From IMG/VR virus record IMGVR_UViG_3300009159_000056, positions 1-64,000 of that record: 64,000 nucleotides of DNA. One strand, 5' to 3'. Of this stretch, positions 62,428-64,000 are shown in pieces. This DNA comes from a virus. The first letter of the stretch is position 1. Every line of letters begins with the position of its first letter. The notes beneath the pieces are model-generated. The model did not search any database. It was not told where the DNA came from and was given only the letters and a program-made list of their open reading frames with translations. The position numbers were made by a program, and so were the translations under genes.

Positions 62428-63699
62428 TTATGGAGCCAAATTTTTCATGTATGACCGTTGATAATCAGTCAGGATAGGCTTGATTGGTAGAAGCTTATCG
62501 ATAATGTTGAGTGCATTCTTAACAGGCTTTTGACCTGTGTGGTCGAACCATTCATAATCATCGAAAATTATAACACCATTATCCTTTAGCAAATGGAAAG
62601 CTGCCAACGCATCTGAAATAACAACATCAGTCGAATGATTACCATCGATGTAGATAAAATCGAACTTCTTCTCTAACTTTAAAAAAGAAGGGAGAGCAAC
62701 ACGACTATCGCTTTGATATGTGCCGATCTTTTCACCATTTTTAGACAGAGCAATATTTTTAGAATAACACTGAAGCAACCTATCTTTTGGAGATCCTGGA
62801 TGCTCTATCCAGTCTTCGAATGTATCGATAACAGTGATTCTCGAATCAAGATCGAGGAGTATATTGTCAGACATCCAACAGGTAGACCTACCTTCGTACG
62901 CCCCAACTTCCAAAATTTGGATTGGTCCATCAGTATCGATATTAGCCAGCTTGAATGTTTCAAGCCAATGAGGAATATGTTGTGTAAACATATCTAACGT
63001 AAATTCATATTCAGTAGTAGGCGTCAAGAGATCTTGATCAGCAACACCTTCTAGGAACTTAGGATAGTAGCGATAATTGGTAGTGTCGGGAGTATTAAAA
63101 TTAAACGATCTACGATGATTACCAATTTCTGAAATAACGAAAGCAGGATCAACAACCTTTAGCTTCATATGGAACTTGTTCTTAAGACCAAGCAATCCAT
63201 CGATAGGCATTTCGATAAGCTTGATCTTATCAAGGTAATCAAGCATCATTCGTGCAGTCGCTGGCGTAATGGCATACGCATGAGCGCCCTTGAAGAACTC
63301 AGTATCGATGTAATCGATATCATTCGCATATTGAGTTGGAAATACGTATGATGACCGATCGAGAAGACGTGGGCCAAGGCAAAGGATTTCGCCATCACCA
63401 ACAGTCAGGTTACTATAATCAGCTACCGCTACACAGTCATGCTCGAGGACAACACCAACCTCATCAGAGGCAGCAATCTTCTCCCAGATCTTGAAGTGAC
63501 CAACAGTGCCACAATACTCTGATGCATAGTCAGTTGTTCGAATATGCAATCCTGTTTGGCGGCTTAGTTCGCGATTCTGTTTACCAGAAATACCCTCGAA
63601 CAACTCAGCATCACAATTAAATTGTTTGCAGCTATCCAAACAATCAGCAGCGTAGGTAGGCGATTCGCCTCGTTCAATGTATAGAATATAAGTTTTCAT
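62428..63699 (-). CDS. Glycosyltransferase (GT25-like) fused to class I SAM methyltransferase (Methyltransf_24-like)
   Basis: N-half: KTYILYI...ELFEGI...GHFKIWEKI...VVLEHD...GAHAYAITPATA...PID. C-half: ILEVGAYEGRS...IDTF...FDFIYIDGNH...LKDNGVIIFDDY.W. Confidence 0.8.
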   Translation of the reverse strand: MKTYILYIERGESPTYAADCLDSCKQFNCDAELFEGISGKQNRELSRQTGLHIRTTDYASEYCGTVGHFKIWEKIAASDEVGVVLEHDCVAVADYSNLTVGDGEILCLGPRLLDRSSYVFPTQYANDIDYIDTEFFKGAHAYAITPATARMMLDYLDKIKLIEMPIDGLLGLKNKFHMKLKVVDPAFVISEIGNHRRSFNFNTPDTTNYRYYPKFLEGVADQDLLTPTTEYEFTLDMFTQHIPHWLETFKLANIDTDGPIQILEVGAYEGRSTCWMSDNILLDLDSRITVIDTFEDWIEHPGSPKDRLLQCYSKNIALSKNGEKIGTYQSDSRVALPSFLKLEKKFDFIYIDGNHSTDVVISDALAAFHLLKDNGVIIFDDYEWFDHTGQKPVKNALNIIDKLLPIKPILTDYQRSYMKNLAP

Positions 63700-63920
63700 A
63701 TCGGCAATCTAGCTCCACGTTTCAAAATATTAAGGTTTTCTGCTTCAACTTGAATTTTTTCTCTGATGGCTGGATCTTTCTTTATCAAAGAAGCAGCATA
63801 CTCAACCTCGAGCTTATTTGTTTCGCACCAGTGGACTACTGCATCGATGTAGTCCATATTCTTGGTTCGGCAGAGCTTTTCAACATCATCAATAAAATTA
63901 GTGTTCACCTGAATCATCAT
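63696..63920 (-). CDS. gp33: Late promoter transcription coactivator
   Basis: YIDAVVHWCE...EVE....LI...IREKIQVEAENLNILK..ARLPI. Confidence 0.9.
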   Translation of the reverse strand: MMIQVNTNFIDDVEKLCRTKNMDYIDAVVHWCETNKLEVEYAASLIKKDPAIREKIQVEAENLNILKRGARLPI

Positions 63921-64000
63921 TATACCCTTTGATCAATTTTATTCCAAATGTAATCATATCACTGGTCATCAGTGTACAAAAAACGATTCCTGCTAGCTCA

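Noticed and set aside
1-64000. Alternative genetic code / stop-codon reassignment
   Set aside because: Core genes are full length in the standard code, and TAA, TAG (portal, gp8) and TGA (gp26) all terminate genes at expected ends.
63921-64000. Possible 3' end of a gene upstream of gp33
   Set aside because: Too short to assign a frame or product confidently.

Overview
64 kb of an AT-rich T4-like myovirus genome (Tevenvirinae-like, with the gene order of cyanophage/alphaproteobacterial T4 relatives). The minus strand carries a nearly complete virion module: head genes gp23(partial), 22, 21, 67, 20; tail genes gp19, 18; packaging genes gp17, 16; neck genes gp15, 14, 13. Next comes a ~19 kb cluster of modular tail-fibre/adhesin genes (14.1-33 kb), a split DUF4815-like gene, and baseplate genes gp8, 7, 6, 25, PAAR, split gp5, hub, gp53 and gp48. 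A divergent plus-strand unit holds gp4, 2, 54, 26, 51, a holin-like gene and the tape measure. The window ends with the gp32-gp59-gp33 cluster, interrupted by a glycosyltransferase-methyltransferase fusion and a Zn-peptidase. Main unexplained signals: (1) N-X-S/T sequons are strongly over-represented in surface-exposed virion proteins and loops but not in internal or non-virion proteins, suggesting a phage virion N-glycosylation system; (2) a probable programmed -1 frameshift joins gp26 to a start-less gp51; (3) shared terminal motifs suggest a docking grammar that chains fibre and adhesin subunits; (4) a mobile ~85-aa domain is inserted into three unrelated virion proteins. All gene calls come from motif recognition and synteny; no searches were run, and counts are by hand.
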